Shown: in pieces, positions 12,901-22,609 of the stretch
Numbering within the stretch: position 1 is the first letter of the stretch
Layout: each line of letters starts with the position of its first letter
Origin: Schizochytrium sp. TIO01
Lineage: Eukaryota > Protista > Bigyra: Labyrinthulomycetes
Direction: 5' to 3'
DNA length: 64,000 nt
NCBI GenBank assembly: GCA_004764695.1
Contig: SMSO01000032.1
Coordinates: forward strand, 3,814,483 to 3,878,482
Translations under genes and position numbers: made by a program
Notes under the pieces: generated by a model
The model's database searches: none
The model's input: the letters and a program-made list of their open reading frames with translations, nothing else
What the model was told of the DNA's origin: nothing

Positions 12901-13764
12901 GTAGCTTCTAACGAGGAATCCCCCTTATTAGCAGAAGAGGAATCAAAGGAACTAAAGGAAGACACATCGATCAAGGAGACATCATATGATAGTGTAAACG
13001 CTGGCAAAAGATCATCTCTTTTACCAGAAGAGATCAAGCAGAGCAACGGGAAAACCCAGACCGAGGAAGAGACCCAAGTCGAGATGGAGAAAGTCCAGGT
13101 CGAGGAAGAGAAAGCCCAGATCGAAGAGGAGAAAGTCCAGGTCGAGGAAGAGAAAGCTCAGGTCGAGGAAGAGAAAGCTCAGGTCGAGGAAGAGAAAGCT
13201 CAGGTCGAGGAAGAGAAAGCTCAGGTCGAGGAAGAGAAAGCTCAGGTCGAGGAAGAGAAAGCTCAGGTCGAGGAAGAGAAAGCTCAGGTTAAGGAAGAAG
13301 CTCCGACAAACGAGAATGAGAAAGGAAAGGAGGATAAGGACCATGGCATGGTTTTAGAAAACGACTATGTAGAGGGTTCCGAACATCGTCAGGTAGATGC
13401 TGTGAATGTGGACGAAGCTGCCGATGCCAACAAGGAAGTGACCCAAGCTAATATTCCTAAGGATGTTGCACCAGCTGAGAGCACCGAAGTAGACGAGACC
13501 ACAACGGAAAAGAAAGAAGATCTTTCGGCTGAAGAAGCCGAGAAATTACGTCTTGAAAAAGAAGCTCGCAGAGAAAGGCGTCGAAAGCGAAAAGAGAAGA
13601 TGCTACGGAAGCAGAAGAAGCAACAGCAGCAGCAACAATCAGCTTCTCGCTCTCACCAACAACAGTATCTGAGTCCTCAGCAGCAATATTACAAAGAACA
13701 AAATGAGAGGCTAGCCTTAAGAAGCGGAGGCCGACACCCCGGCCAACATGCCTTTCCGCGATAG
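9970..13764 (+). CDS. CFAP97/Hemingway (KIAA1430)-domain protein with a long acidic low-complexity, repeat-containing tail
   Basis: N-terminal H..NL.NAKP, ERERQVKLENKALLRKLIDI and REQQRIDEENLRIMKRI match the CFAP97 domain pattern. The rest is E/S/D-rich. First ATG is at 9970. Confidence 0.65.
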   Translation: MGGGGACTTHKIPVSNRVVDDRYAIHCQQLHLRNLLNAKPEVQFGRATSASSSNKDGDCKRKKPRSLIKSQQERERERQVKLENKALLRKLIDIDRTAEQKRSELVARKKRRLRDAKRRLQAAEASGNSLDREVALEFAEKASMTTTMQRAHANKVIARVSRIKREQQRIDEENLRIMKRIITARPTISSKVLEREAKKHDQLIQSMSGYAQHKVLDLSHLTLQAVQADSPTPRRPAVPRTRSRPASAVRGVRTHNVPQEPVYHASASSSMQRKVWVPGDGETESIYGSSKLMQIIMNNDSDDELEKPKPSSHEGSDRWSRAPEPSIYSSGQSQRSGRYLHSEQEEETFTPQAPEPSIYSSGQSQRSGRYLHSEQEEETFTPPWGGPAGNIDNSGQDTYDFKDNSGRSAASRSHNPYNQVKESSYRQSESTNIITQASDTNIYSSNQADPSSSEEYSKNAYQLEVPQINFSESNFSSISSEKQNFNSSFQENDMSDYDSSSPKKKSTENEDSESQGADVLVLPIQDYRYDIEDNADTDAHAVEELNSAHSLNDIHHDQSPGSYFEEAEEAEEAEEARTPTFTTNSYYDETNQTSSARPVGLSEKNDNVEIKPTETELAEHEKTPSVEMNNDDIDNEQSGTNEKMPSGHSHHTAESRNSPELEQPDLIVISDEKEENQLDVASEGCPSEALDLVLQDSSKAEKEDSHKSSKLAQENNSSSEVHDEEQHEDVAPNIEANDEVVDKTNEATQSVVHVLDAEEATATEDKIDLKATKLPSNSSPATENLTRHEQCNIPTTDSTESSDSYLMAIPTKERPPIKAVCSIGNEEPEIEEGDSSHDNEANSEGTTEARKGEGEEEKINSVNVSNAHVLESETDSPKTEKLNNPSASETCEEERGTPEFTSDVKSVVSAQGASGHESVSETREVVSTQEDEEPDTDKILNSNTKTEELESPFGDDANCAEDSGSQEHEESPPANFGVASNEESPLLAEEESKELKEDTSIKETSYDSVNAGKRSSLLPEEIKQSNGKTQTEEETQVEMEKVQVEEEKAQIEEEKVQVEEEKAQVEEEKAQVEEEKAQVEEEKAQVEEEKAQVEEEKAQVEEEKAQVKEEAPTNENEKGKEDKDHGMVLENDYVEGSEHRQVDAVNVDEAADANKEVTQANIPKDVAPAESTEVDETTTEKKEDLSAEEAEKLRLEKEARRERRRKRKEKMLRKQKKQQQQQQSASRSHQQQYLSPQQQYYKEQNERLALRSGGRHPGQHAFPR
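10932..11115 (+). repeat. 93-bp tandem duplication, 2 copies, coding APEPSIYSSGQSQRSGRYLHSEQEEETFTP
   Basis: Copies start at 10932 and 11025 and differ at a few synonymous positions. Confidence 0.95.
13075..13300 (+). repeat. 21-bp coding minisatellite CAGGTCGAGGAAGAGAAAGCT (QVEEEKA), 7 identical units plus about 4 degenerate flanking units
   Basis: Identical units span 13138-13284; degenerate units QVEMEKV, QIEEEKV and QVKEEA flank them. Confidence 0.95.
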
Positions 13765-14447
13765 ATTGCTTATTGCATAGTGTCTTCTCACTTTTCTGTG
13801 AACATGCTACAAGAAGGGAATGCACGAAATAACGCTTCAGCAAAACTTCACCTTCCAGCCCCATCTAGAACTTCAAAGCGCTTCTTCATGTCCTATTGGA
13901 CAAAACGCAGCAAAGTTGTAAAGTCTAGTTCTAAGTAAATTATGTCACCATATTAAACCTGCCTATATCTTTTGCTGCATTCGCCACTCCTCGCGAATGT
14001 ATGGGTTCGGCACATCGCTGTCGTTTTAGACGGAGCTGGCTATGACCGATTACCAGAATCTTCGCCCCCCAAGCCTAGGCTGCCGCTGCTTGATACTCAG
14101 TGTATAAAGCAGGTTTTCTTAATTGTTATTCATTCTGACTTCGGAGTCTATTCTACCAACGTAGCTTCAAAGCAAGCTAAGCCAACAACCTGAACCATGA
14201 TTTTTGGTACCCTTGTACCAAAAATCTTACAGTCCTCCAAAGAAAGGGTCCAAGACCAATATTAAATCATGCCTCAGCAAAGTTGAAATCAACACAGGTC
14301 CACTTAAACCAGCGATCGAGCGATCTGCCACTCAATCAGAGTCAAGTGGACCCTGCTGTGTGGCCTTAGCTGCTGCTGCTGCTGGCTGTTACTCCCCCGC
14401 AGACCTGGAAGGACTGTCATGCGCTTTGGAGCTCGGCCATTGACGCC

Positions 14448-16160
14448 ATGCTGAGCGAGGAGCTGGAGGACCTGTCGGAGGCCTTCGCTGTGGACGCGCG
14501 ACTGCTAGGGAAGGGGCTCTCTCTAGCTGCGTGGAGCCCAGATGGCAAGCTTCTTGCAGCCACAGGTAGCTCTCGCGTGGTGCAGCTGCTGGACCAAGAG
14601 GGTGCCATCGTGGACCAGCTCGTGCCGCCGTCGGCTTCGCGCTGCGTTGCTTTGGCGTGGAGCGCTCAGGGGGAAACCTTGGCGGTAGTGCAAAATGGTT
14701 CCAAAGTTGTGTTATTCTGGGATGCAGCGTCTCGGGAAGTAAGACACGTGGATCTTCCAGTGAAAGACATTCTCGTCGCTGCATGGTGTCCAAGATGGAG
14801 ACCTGGGGGGATTGTACCGAGAAAAGCACCAACCGCAAAGACTGCGACATCTACACCAAGGACAACAGCTATGCCAACATCTGCACATACCTCTACGGAG
14901 AAATGTTCTTCTGGAGCAGGCGTTGTGAAGGGTGAAATAGAGTCTGAAGACCAGGACCAAACAAAGCTTATTGCGTTTGGAACGAGTCGCGGAAAGGTGC
15001 TTGTATTCTGCACCAAATCGTATAAATGCTTTGCGTGGGATACAAGCATAGGGAAAGGCAACCAACATAAAAAACGGATCGAGTGTCTGTGCTGGTTTGA
15101 ACATAGAGCATCGCACAGGTTTTCAAAAAATAATGAGGAACTGGCAATTACTTTTGCAAAGGCTGATGAGAGGTATTCGTTGGTTTATGTGAGCGACCAG
15201 CAGGTACTTAATATCTGCTCTCCTTCAGGCGTCTTGCGCGATAGAATTAACCTCAAAGTTCGTGTACTCTCTCTCCGCTGTAGTGAGATTTTCATTAGTG
15301 CTGCTATGGAAGACAGCAGTTTAATGCTCTACGAGATGAATTATAGTCTTGAGCCACTTGCAAAGCTACCGCAAAAAGCTTCAGGGGAAGGATACTCTTT
15401 GGGCAAAGACCGCAGCGAAAGCGTAGGCAGTCCAACTGGAAATGGCAACCTATTGGGCACACTAGGCTCGGAAGGGAAACCACGAAGCTCAAGTCTTGGG
15501 ATGTCAAATCGCAATCATGACTTAGACTCTGGGGAGAGTGTTTTAAGTAGTAACATAGAAACACCTACAAAAGCAAAGCATATTTGCAAAATTGTCCTAG
15601 AGAGTTCATATGGGCAAATTGTTGACCATTTCTGGTGTAAGGCTTTTGAGACTATAATCGGGTTTTCTAATGGTACAATCGTCTTACTAAATGTCAGCGA
15701 CGAGCGCATACACGACGAACGATGCCGAACTCGGTATCTACGACGCGATTTGGAGTGCCTATGTTATTTAGAAGAGGGTTCCAAATTTGTCACGTGCGGT
15801 GAAGATTCTCTACAAGTGTTTAACATTGATACCTGGTCTCTTCTCGCATATGAGCAACTGCCCACAGATGCTGGTCATGCGCGTGGTCTGCATTGCACAG
15901 GCTCTTCAGGACTTGTAAGTGTGGCCACCGATGGTGGTAGGGTTCTTAATTATTGGTTGCCCCAGAAGCAGAAACAAGACAAAACGGAGGCTTGCAAGCC
16001 ACTGTTTTCATATCAGCCGATTGAATGGAAAGAACCTATCTCACCCCTTCTTATGCTGACTGCCTGTGTTGTTACTGCAAGTATCATGACAGGTTTGATT
16101 GTTTTTTCTTTCGATGTGAAGCTCATGACTTTCATGCGAATTATCTTTCATATCATGTGA
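14448..16160 (+). CDS. WD40 protein resembling the N-terminal beta-propeller of IFT144/WDR19, with a C-terminal hydrophobic helix
   Basis: Colinear with the recalled WDR19 N-terminus: LAATG..RVVQLLD, CVALAW...GETLAV, LFWDA, IAFGTSRGKVL, HKKRIECLCW, YGQIVDHFW, IIGFSNG, KFVTCGED, VATDGG. Ends LLMLTACVVTASIMTGLIVFSF...stop. Confidence 0.7.
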   Translation: MLSEELEDLSEAFAVDARLLGKGLSLAAWSPDGKLLAATGSSRVVQLLDQEGAIVDQLVPPSASRCVALAWSAQGETLAVVQNGSKVVLFWDAASREVRHVDLPVKDILVAAWCPRWRPGGIVPRKAPTAKTATSTPRTTAMPTSAHTSTEKCSSGAGVVKGEIESEDQDQTKLIAFGTSRGKVLVFCTKSYKCFAWDTSIGKGNQHKKRIECLCWFEHRASHRFSKNNEELAITFAKADERYSLVYVSDQQVLNICSPSGVLRDRINLKVRVLSLRCSEIFISAAMEDSSLMLYEMNYSLEPLAKLPQKASGEGYSLGKDRSESVGSPTGNGNLLGTLGSEGKPRSSSLGMSNRNHDLDSGESVLSSNIETPTKAKHICKIVLESSYGQIVDHFWCKAFETIIGFSNGTIVLLNVSDERIHDERCRTRYLRRDLECLCYLEEGSKFVTCGEDSLQVFNIDTWSLLAYEQLPTDAGHARGLHCTGSSGLVSVATDGGRVLNYWLPQKQKQDKTEACKPLFSYQPIEWKEPISPLLMLTACVVTASIMTGLIVFSFDVKLMTFMRIIFHIM

Positions 16161-16543
16161 TCGATAGCGAGAACACTTTATATTTCACAACTTTGTCTGT
16201 GTATTGTTTGCAAGGTACTATAGTAATATGATTTCGTAAGAATAAAAACACTCTGAGAGGACTTAAAACTTGAATTATCAAATTATCGTGTGAATTATTA
16301 ATCAACGAAGAAGAATTTTGAATGTACGATGCCATAAAAAATTGACTGAAGTGAGTAGCATGAGACTTGCTCGTATCTCTTGGAGCTGTACGCATGCTTG
16401 ACATGACTTTTTTGTTCTTTTTTGTTCTTTTTCTTTTAGAATGTTTTATAAAAGAGGGTGAAGGTAAACTTTTGGCTTGTGCACTATTGTGCAAAATAAC
16501 ACACTTGCGTTTGAGCTTCCATTTAAGGAAGATGTAAAGGAGG

Positions 16544-18238
16544 TTAGTTTCTCATTGACAGTGCAGGACAAGCGGGCACACCCAACATTGTCAATTTCTT
16601 ATAGGCGTCACCAAACTCCTTGCGAAGCATATCAACATCCTCTGCATAATCCTGGAGGTGAACACGGAAGTCTTCATCCCAGAGCATGCACATGTCAGCA
16701 ACAAGCATCATCTGATACTTTACTTGAAGGATGCCACCGTTAGGCAGAGCAGGGCGAGGCTCATCATTGTAACCAGGCTCTATGCGCTCAAAGAAGAAAC
16801 CGTGCTGCTCATCAAGTAAGGGCACCCAGCCCTGGTCATCTTGAAGGTGTCCATATGCAACACCATCAACAATCTTAGAGATCTCAAACTGATCAAGCTC
16901 GACTACTGTCTCGGACAGCGCAGTAGTTTGGCTGGGTGCATCACTCGGTTCAGAAAGAACTTGGATATGGCTTTGGAGACCCGGGAGGACTCGGAAGCGC
17001 GCTGGCTGCGGGTCAAGGTCACCAATACGCTTCATGAGGATTTCGCCAGAGCTGCTCACAATGGAAGCCCAGCCACCAACATCTAGCTGACCACGGACAG
17101 CATTGCCGTATTTGCGGACAACAACGATATTGAACTGGGTACCTTCCTTCGGCTGATCAATGGTATCTGACTTCGGATCCGTGGTGCGACGCACATTGAT
17201 CCAGTCATCGTAGACTCGGTAGCGGCCAGGAGGGTACTCCTCAGCATGAACAACCTCAACTTCAGCAAGAGCCTCAGCTTCCATGGATGGGGACCAAGCA
17301 GACATGTACTGACGCTTACCCGGAGCAGGGCGAGTCTCCTCCGGAATCGGCACACCTTCAATCGTCGTATCGTGCTCAACATGCATCCAATCGTCGCTCA
17401 AGAGATCAGCAGCGTATTCGTTGCTAAATTTGGTCGGTTCTTCCACCCATGCGCCACTGTAACCACTGTGTTCCGGGTGGCAACGGCCATACATGTGTCC
17501 ACCACATAGAAGTGCCACTGTCTCTCGGTCGGTAAATCCCAGCCGTCCAAAGACATCGCGAATGTGGGCTGCACAGTTCTCCCAGCCATTGACACGACCT
17601 TGGTCATCAAGACCAGGAAGAATACCCTGCTCAGCGTGCGGGAGGCGGCCGGGCTCAAGTGAGCCCTTCGCGTTGGTATCCTTGCGGCCAGGCTCGAAAT
17701 CAATCACAGGACCACCAGTGCGCTCAAGAGCTGCATATGCTGCGAGAATCCACAGATCAGAGTAACTGATTCCAGGATGTTTTTTCTTGATGGGTGCAAG
17801 AAGGTCACGAGCAACTTCAAGACCGCGGTTTTCCGGGTCATCCTTTTCAGGTGAGTAGCGCATACCCGCCCCGTTAGAGCCGCCCGTGCCATCGTTCTTA
17901 TCGTAGGTACCACTCGTATGCCATCCGAGGCGGATAAGAACTGGTGCATAACTACCATCGTCATGGGTATCCGAGTCCATCACTGCGAGGATGTCTTTAC
18001 GAACAGCCTCATAGTCAACTGCACGCGATGATTTTCTCAATGAGAGTCTTTGTACTAGCGATGCGCGTTTAGACCCAGGTTTTGTTTCTTGAGGTGGTTC
18101 TGCAACTAACTTCTCTGATAAGTTCTCGCCCCTAGCACTAGATGCATCAGCACCAGCAGCGCCAGCAGAACCAGCAGCTTCCTCAGTCTCAGGGGGTGCG
18201 GAGTAGCGCTTTGACTTTACTGCCGGCGCATTGCCCAT
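16544..18238 (-). CDS. Class I heme peroxidase (cytochrome c/ascorbate peroxidase family) with N-myristoylation motif and a ~195-aa insertion
   Basis: Distal RLGWH (R103/W106/H107), GGSNG, SYSDLW, GRLP, proximal GGHMYGRCH (H248), SGYSGAW (W264), FSNEY, MMLVAD (D515), KLT.LG; begins MGNAPA. Confidence 0.9.
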   Translation of the reverse strand: MGNAPAVKSKRYSAPPETEEAAGSAGAAGADASSARGENLSEKLVAEPPQETKPGSKRASLVQRLSLRKSSRAVDYEAVRKDILAVMDSDTHDDGSYAPVLIRLGWHTSGTYDKNDGTGGSNGAGMRYSPEKDDPENRGLEVARDLLAPIKKKHPGISYSDLWILAAYAALERTGGPVIDFEPGRKDTNAKGSLEPGRLPHAEQGILPGLDDQGRVNGWENCAAHIRDVFGRLGFTDRETVALLCGGHMYGRCHPEHSGYSGAWVEEPTKFSNEYAADLLSDDWMHVEHDTTIEGVPIPEETRPAPGKRQYMSAWSPSMEAEALAEVEVVHAEEYPPGRYRVYDDWINVRRTTDPKSDTIDQPKEGTQFNIVVVRKYGNAVRGQLDVGGWASIVSSSGEILMKRIGDLDPQPARFRVLPGLQSHIQVLSEPSDAPSQTTALSETVVELDQFEISKIVDGVAYGHLQDDQGWVPLLDEQHGFFFERIEPGYNDEPRPALPNGGILQVKYQMMLVADMCMLWDEDFRVHLQDYAEDVDMLRKEFGDAYKKLTMLGVPACPALSMRN

Positions 18239-20467
18239 CTTGCTGTCCTAAGTACTTCAACCTCTTCAGCGACACGACTCTTGGCTCACCACCGCCCAGT
18301 GAACACAAGCAGGCCTCAAGAATTGCAGGTATAAATCTACACTGGCGATCGCTGCCACTCGAGAAATCGATTCTGTTCGTGTGCTAGGTATGTATTCTGA
18401 TATCTCAAAGAGCGAGAATTACAAGTGCTATAGTTGCAGTGTTAGCCAAGAATAAAGAAGTTATGAGTGTGCTTACAGGTAGAACCTCGTTACCACTAAA
18501 TCGTTAGGGCTCTGTACAGCGAGTGTTTCCACACTGTGGCATGCTAAGGTATCGGGCAATTCCAATTCAAGCTAGCTCTACTCCTTGGTGTAATGATGGT
18601 GGCAACCTCTACAATGTGATCCTTCAGCATGAGAGTTAAGGCTGGTGGGCACCTCCCTCCCTCAGACGCGCAGAGTTAGCGTTGGTTGGTATTCATTAAG
18701 TTCGAGTATTCTCATGATAATGCTATCTCCGTGCACAATCTGCCCTGAAACTATCCGCTACGTTGAGTCTCTAGAGGTTATCGAATACTCACATGGAGAT
18801 GGAATCTCAAGATCTTGCAATCGTGAGTAGGGAAGCGGCAAGGGGGGATATAAGGTTTCTCAGGGAGAAAGTACTGCGTGAGAGTCTCTGCACGTTGTAA
18901 AAACAATTGAGAACTTAGGAAAATATTCAGCTATTACACATTTGCAAGTGCTTGTAGTATTCTCTAAAGGCCACTAAGCTCGCACAGAGTCGTACAGTGT
19001 ATCACACAAACAAAATTGTAGTAGGCATTTATTTATTTACTCCAACCTCTGTTGACGTATTTATTTTCATTAAAAATACAATCAAAAACAGGCTAACAAG
19101 AGGTTGTTTGCACGCGCGGCGCACACCCTCCGAGACAACGTCCTTTACAAGGGTCGTTGCGCGTGCCAGCTTGTTCACAATACTGTTAACAACACACGAA
19201 TCTTGCTCGTAATAAAAGGTAGAAGAATGTAGACCAATCGGCACGTGTAACTATGGCATGATGCGTGGAAACCACGCCGAAGATGATTGGTTCTTCGATT
19301 GCTGCAGAGGCGCATGTTCTTACATGAGTTGCTCACAAGGGACACGATGCAGCAGGAACAGTCTGTCACAGGCGAGAGTGCGCCTGCTCGATGCTGTGAT
19401 TGTGCAAATTGAACCTCAACGTTGCCAGAGCAAAGATAAGAAAGTGTGTGTTTCGCAGCAGTGATCACACAAAGAAGAATGATTAAATAGAATTTCCGGC
19501 CGTGACATTTGGAGCAAATGCTTTCCAAAACCAACCTGGGGCATGGCTTTTGATGAAAGCTCGTGATTCCAATCACCCGGAGCCGCGATGGGCCAGCGGG
19601 TAGAGACGCTTGTGGAAAGTGGAGGAAAATGGAGGAACGTGTAGGTGGAGGTTGCGAGTATGTGGTGCTGAGATCTCGGAACATGACCGGTGCCATATTT
19701 TGCAGCTAGCTCTAGAGTAAGCCATGCCTATCTAGGATTTTGAGGTGTGATAGTTCATAAGCTCTTAGCGCCGTGCTTCAAGTTGGTGGGTTTCTCGAGA
19801 GATGGCCCGCCCACCCGCTGATGGATTGCCTGGCCACCTGACTAAATGGTTGTAGTTTTGTCAGTGCTAGAATGCCATATGGCACATGAAAATGTTAGAA
19901 TGTGCAATTCCAGCTTGGACGTACATGGACGTACATCTGCCAGAATATCAGATATCTTGAACTAAGCCTAGTCCAGCTATACTGCTCGATCAGCCAGACT
20001 TAGTACAAGCACCGAATAGATTCACGAAGGGCTGCAAACGTGGATATCATGATTATCGTCAGTGAAGAATTCATCACGGGCGGCAACTTCATAGTGCGCG
20101 CGCAAGTTCCTCTTGTGGCCCACTTAACAGTGTGGCTCTGAAGTTATATGAGAGCTGCGTAGATTCACCAGATAGAGCTGGTCTACCAAAAACAACATCT
20201 CCTTTCTAAAAATATGTACAATAGAATTAAGAAGGGAACGCCTACCTAAGTACTACTGTCTCTGGTTGATTAACAAACTGCTCGTAGAAGCTCTGAACTA
20301 TTCAACCAAAACCGTTTTGGGACAGAGGCTGTTCAGGCTCAGGACACTGAGGCGGTTTATCCAGCTTGCCGAGTTATTCGACTATACAGTCACTAGTTAG
20401 TTGGTTATACTTGATCATCGGCTGCCTGGACCTACATGAAGAGTGAACCGAAAGAGTAATTTGCAAT

Positions 20468-22609
20468 ATGGAGGGAACTGCTTCTTTTGTAATGCTGTCA
20501 GCTGTTCCAACCGTACGTAAATTGCAAAAATACGCACAAGGTAACTCCAGTTACGAACGAGAATTGGCAGGGCTTGATGCAAATGCACTAAATGAGTGCA
20601 AGTTTGGGCTAAGCAAAATTGTATTTGGGTACGACAATTTGCTATTATGGCTTTCGCTGCTAGGCCTAGCCTCTGCGTTGCTTGAGAGCTATCTGCATCA
20701 CCTCGAACACAAGTTTGCGGAACGAAGGACATATCTTCGCTTTCTACGACAAACATATAAAGAATTGGTGATTCTAGGTTTTCTCAGTTTTGTGTTGATT
20801 TTACTTCGAGATTTTTACCCCAATATGACCAAAAATGCCTTTTTAATTGTTGAAATGGCGCACTTATGGTTGTTCTCTGTAGGTATCGCATTTGTTGTTG
20901 TAGCAATCCAAATCAGTATTGGTCTAGTTTCAAGCAAACGGCGTTGGGACACTGCTTTTGCTCATGGTCTTCCCGTGATCGAAGCCGAGTATTCAAATTA
21001 CCATGGTAGTGCAGGATACTGCCGCTACGTGTTTTGCTTTTTGCCAGCTATGTTTTATGGTGATCGTCTGCTGGAGCAGACAAAGCTGTGGATAATGAGA
21101 AAGCAATTTGTTCAAGCGAACCACTTGCCATCTACATTTGACTTTCCAAAATACCTTCGCCGCACATTGACAGTGAATATGCTAAAGGGAGTTGAGATTG
21201 GCTGGCAGTCATGGTCAGTTATTTGTGTTCTCTTTTTCATAGGATTTGGTATTGCTTCGACAATGGATACAGGGGATCGTACCATGAACATTGATGTGGC
21301 TGGGCTTATTGGTGTCGGTCTAACGCTTGCTATATTACTTGTCGCAAGTCGGATGAATGCCATTGTCAATAGCGGTACAAATCGCTACTTCCGGCTTCAA
21401 GGTTGCGACCGACCTCATGAATTCCGCAGCTTGATGGATTTTGCAAAGTATCTACATGAGCGTGAAGAACTACAACACCGTTCTCTTATTTTGCATGGTT
21501 TCACACATGACGATCTTCGCTTGCAGCAAATTCTGCGTGAGGGGCGAGACAACAAAACTCTGACTGATGCAGAGATCACCGCCAATAATTCAATTTTTGG
21601 GAGCACAAGAGGCAGTTCCCAATTTGAGAAGCACGTCACACTTTTTTCTCCAACAGCATTTGTCATCGCATTTCGCATGTTTGTTTTAATGCAGTGCTAT
21701 GTCATAGGACTTTTCTTCGTGTTGTACATGGGTCACTCAGGCTATTCAAGCCTATTCGTAGCTCTTACGTTTTGTGAGCTTGTGCTGCATTTTCTGTTGA
21801 TTGGCATTGTTCTTCCTGATTTGATTCGAGGGTTTTCACTTATCGGTAGCGTGTTGATTCTCAGTGAGCAAGCTCTTGATCGAATCGAAGATACGTTTCA
21901 ATTTCATGCTGCAACAAACCTTGCTGTTCAGCAATTGACAATGCTACTTTTCAAAGAATTTCAACATTCTGCATACGAACTATTTCCCAAGTCTCTGACT
22001 GAGTTAAGTTCGGTTGAGGTAGAAGAGGCCATCGAGGCTATGTGGAAGGGACTCAACCCTCGCAACTACCAGCGCGTACGGTCTCACATGCTTTCCAAAC
22101 GTCTGCACGGACGAATGCGCGCACGGCGAATCAAACTTGTTTTTCGAGCGCTAAGTACTCCACGTGGGTTGACAATTGACGAATGCAAATTTCTTGTCAA
22201 GAACATGATTGTTATTCACACTGAATCTGAAGACATTGATCGCAATCTTAAACTTTGCTTTGGGGCTGCAAATGTAAAATGCGGACTCTGTGGTACCATG
22301 ATACCGAGTGAAGACCTCAAAATTCATGCGACTGCAGCTTGTCCCCAGCTACCGGATTCAACCAGTATCACAAATGCTTTAGAAATCGCAACTCCTATGC
22401 CTGCAATCCAGTCATTACTCGCACGTATTGCAGATGAAAATGAGGTATCTGCCATGGCGACAAAGTACGGGCTTTTGCAGCCACATTTTGACCACGATCT
22501 TTGGCCTGACGATGATGAGGAGGAAAGTGTAGTTGGTTATCCTTCATCAGTGGTTGGCAAGCATAAGGAAGTATCTATCCCCTTTACCTTTGATGGTGAA
22601 GACATATGA
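20468..22609 (+). CDS. MLO-like multi-pass membrane protein with a C-terminal CxxC-H-C zinc-finger-like motif
   Basis: YKELVILGFLSFVL (MLO KxELMLLGFISL), HLWLF, RKQF, FDFPKYLRRTL (MLO FDFHKY..R.L), VEIGW..W, about 7 hydrophobic segments. Confidence 0.7.
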   Translation: MEGTASFVMLSAVPTVRKLQKYAQGNSSYERELAGLDANALNECKFGLSKIVFGYDNLLLWLSLLGLASALLESYLHHLEHKFAERRTYLRFLRQTYKELVILGFLSFVLILLRDFYPNMTKNAFLIVEMAHLWLFSVGIAFVVVAIQISIGLVSSKRRWDTAFAHGLPVIEAEYSNYHGSAGYCRYVFCFLPAMFYGDRLLEQTKLWIMRKQFVQANHLPSTFDFPKYLRRTLTVNMLKGVEIGWQSWSVICVLFFIGFGIASTMDTGDRTMNIDVAGLIGVGLTLAILLVASRMNAIVNSGTNRYFRLQGCDRPHEFRSLMDFAKYLHEREELQHRSLILHGFTHDDLRLQQILREGRDNKTLTDAEITANNSIFGSTRGSSQFEKHVTLFSPTAFVIAFRMFVLMQCYVIGLFFVLYMGHSGYSSLFVALTFCELVLHFLLIGIVLPDLIRGFSLIGSVLILSEQALDRIEDTFQFHAATNLAVQQLTMLLFKEFQHSAYELFPKSLTELSSVEVEEAIEAMWKGLNPRNYQRVRSHMLSKRLHGRMRARRIKLVFRALSTPRGLTIDECKFLVKNMIVIHTESEDIDRNLKLCFGAANVKCGLCGTMIPSEDLKIHATAACPQLPDSTSITNALEIATPMPAIQSLLARIADENEVSAMATKYGLLQPHFDHDLWPDDDEEESVVGYPSSVVGKHKEVSIPFTFDGEDI

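Noticed and set aside
13075-13300. Regular short repeats considered as a CRISPR array
   Set aside because: Head-to-tail units with no spacers, in frame within a eukaryotic CDS.
19846-19915. Vaguely tRNA-like stretch
   Set aside because: No acceptor stem and no GTTCRA T-loop.
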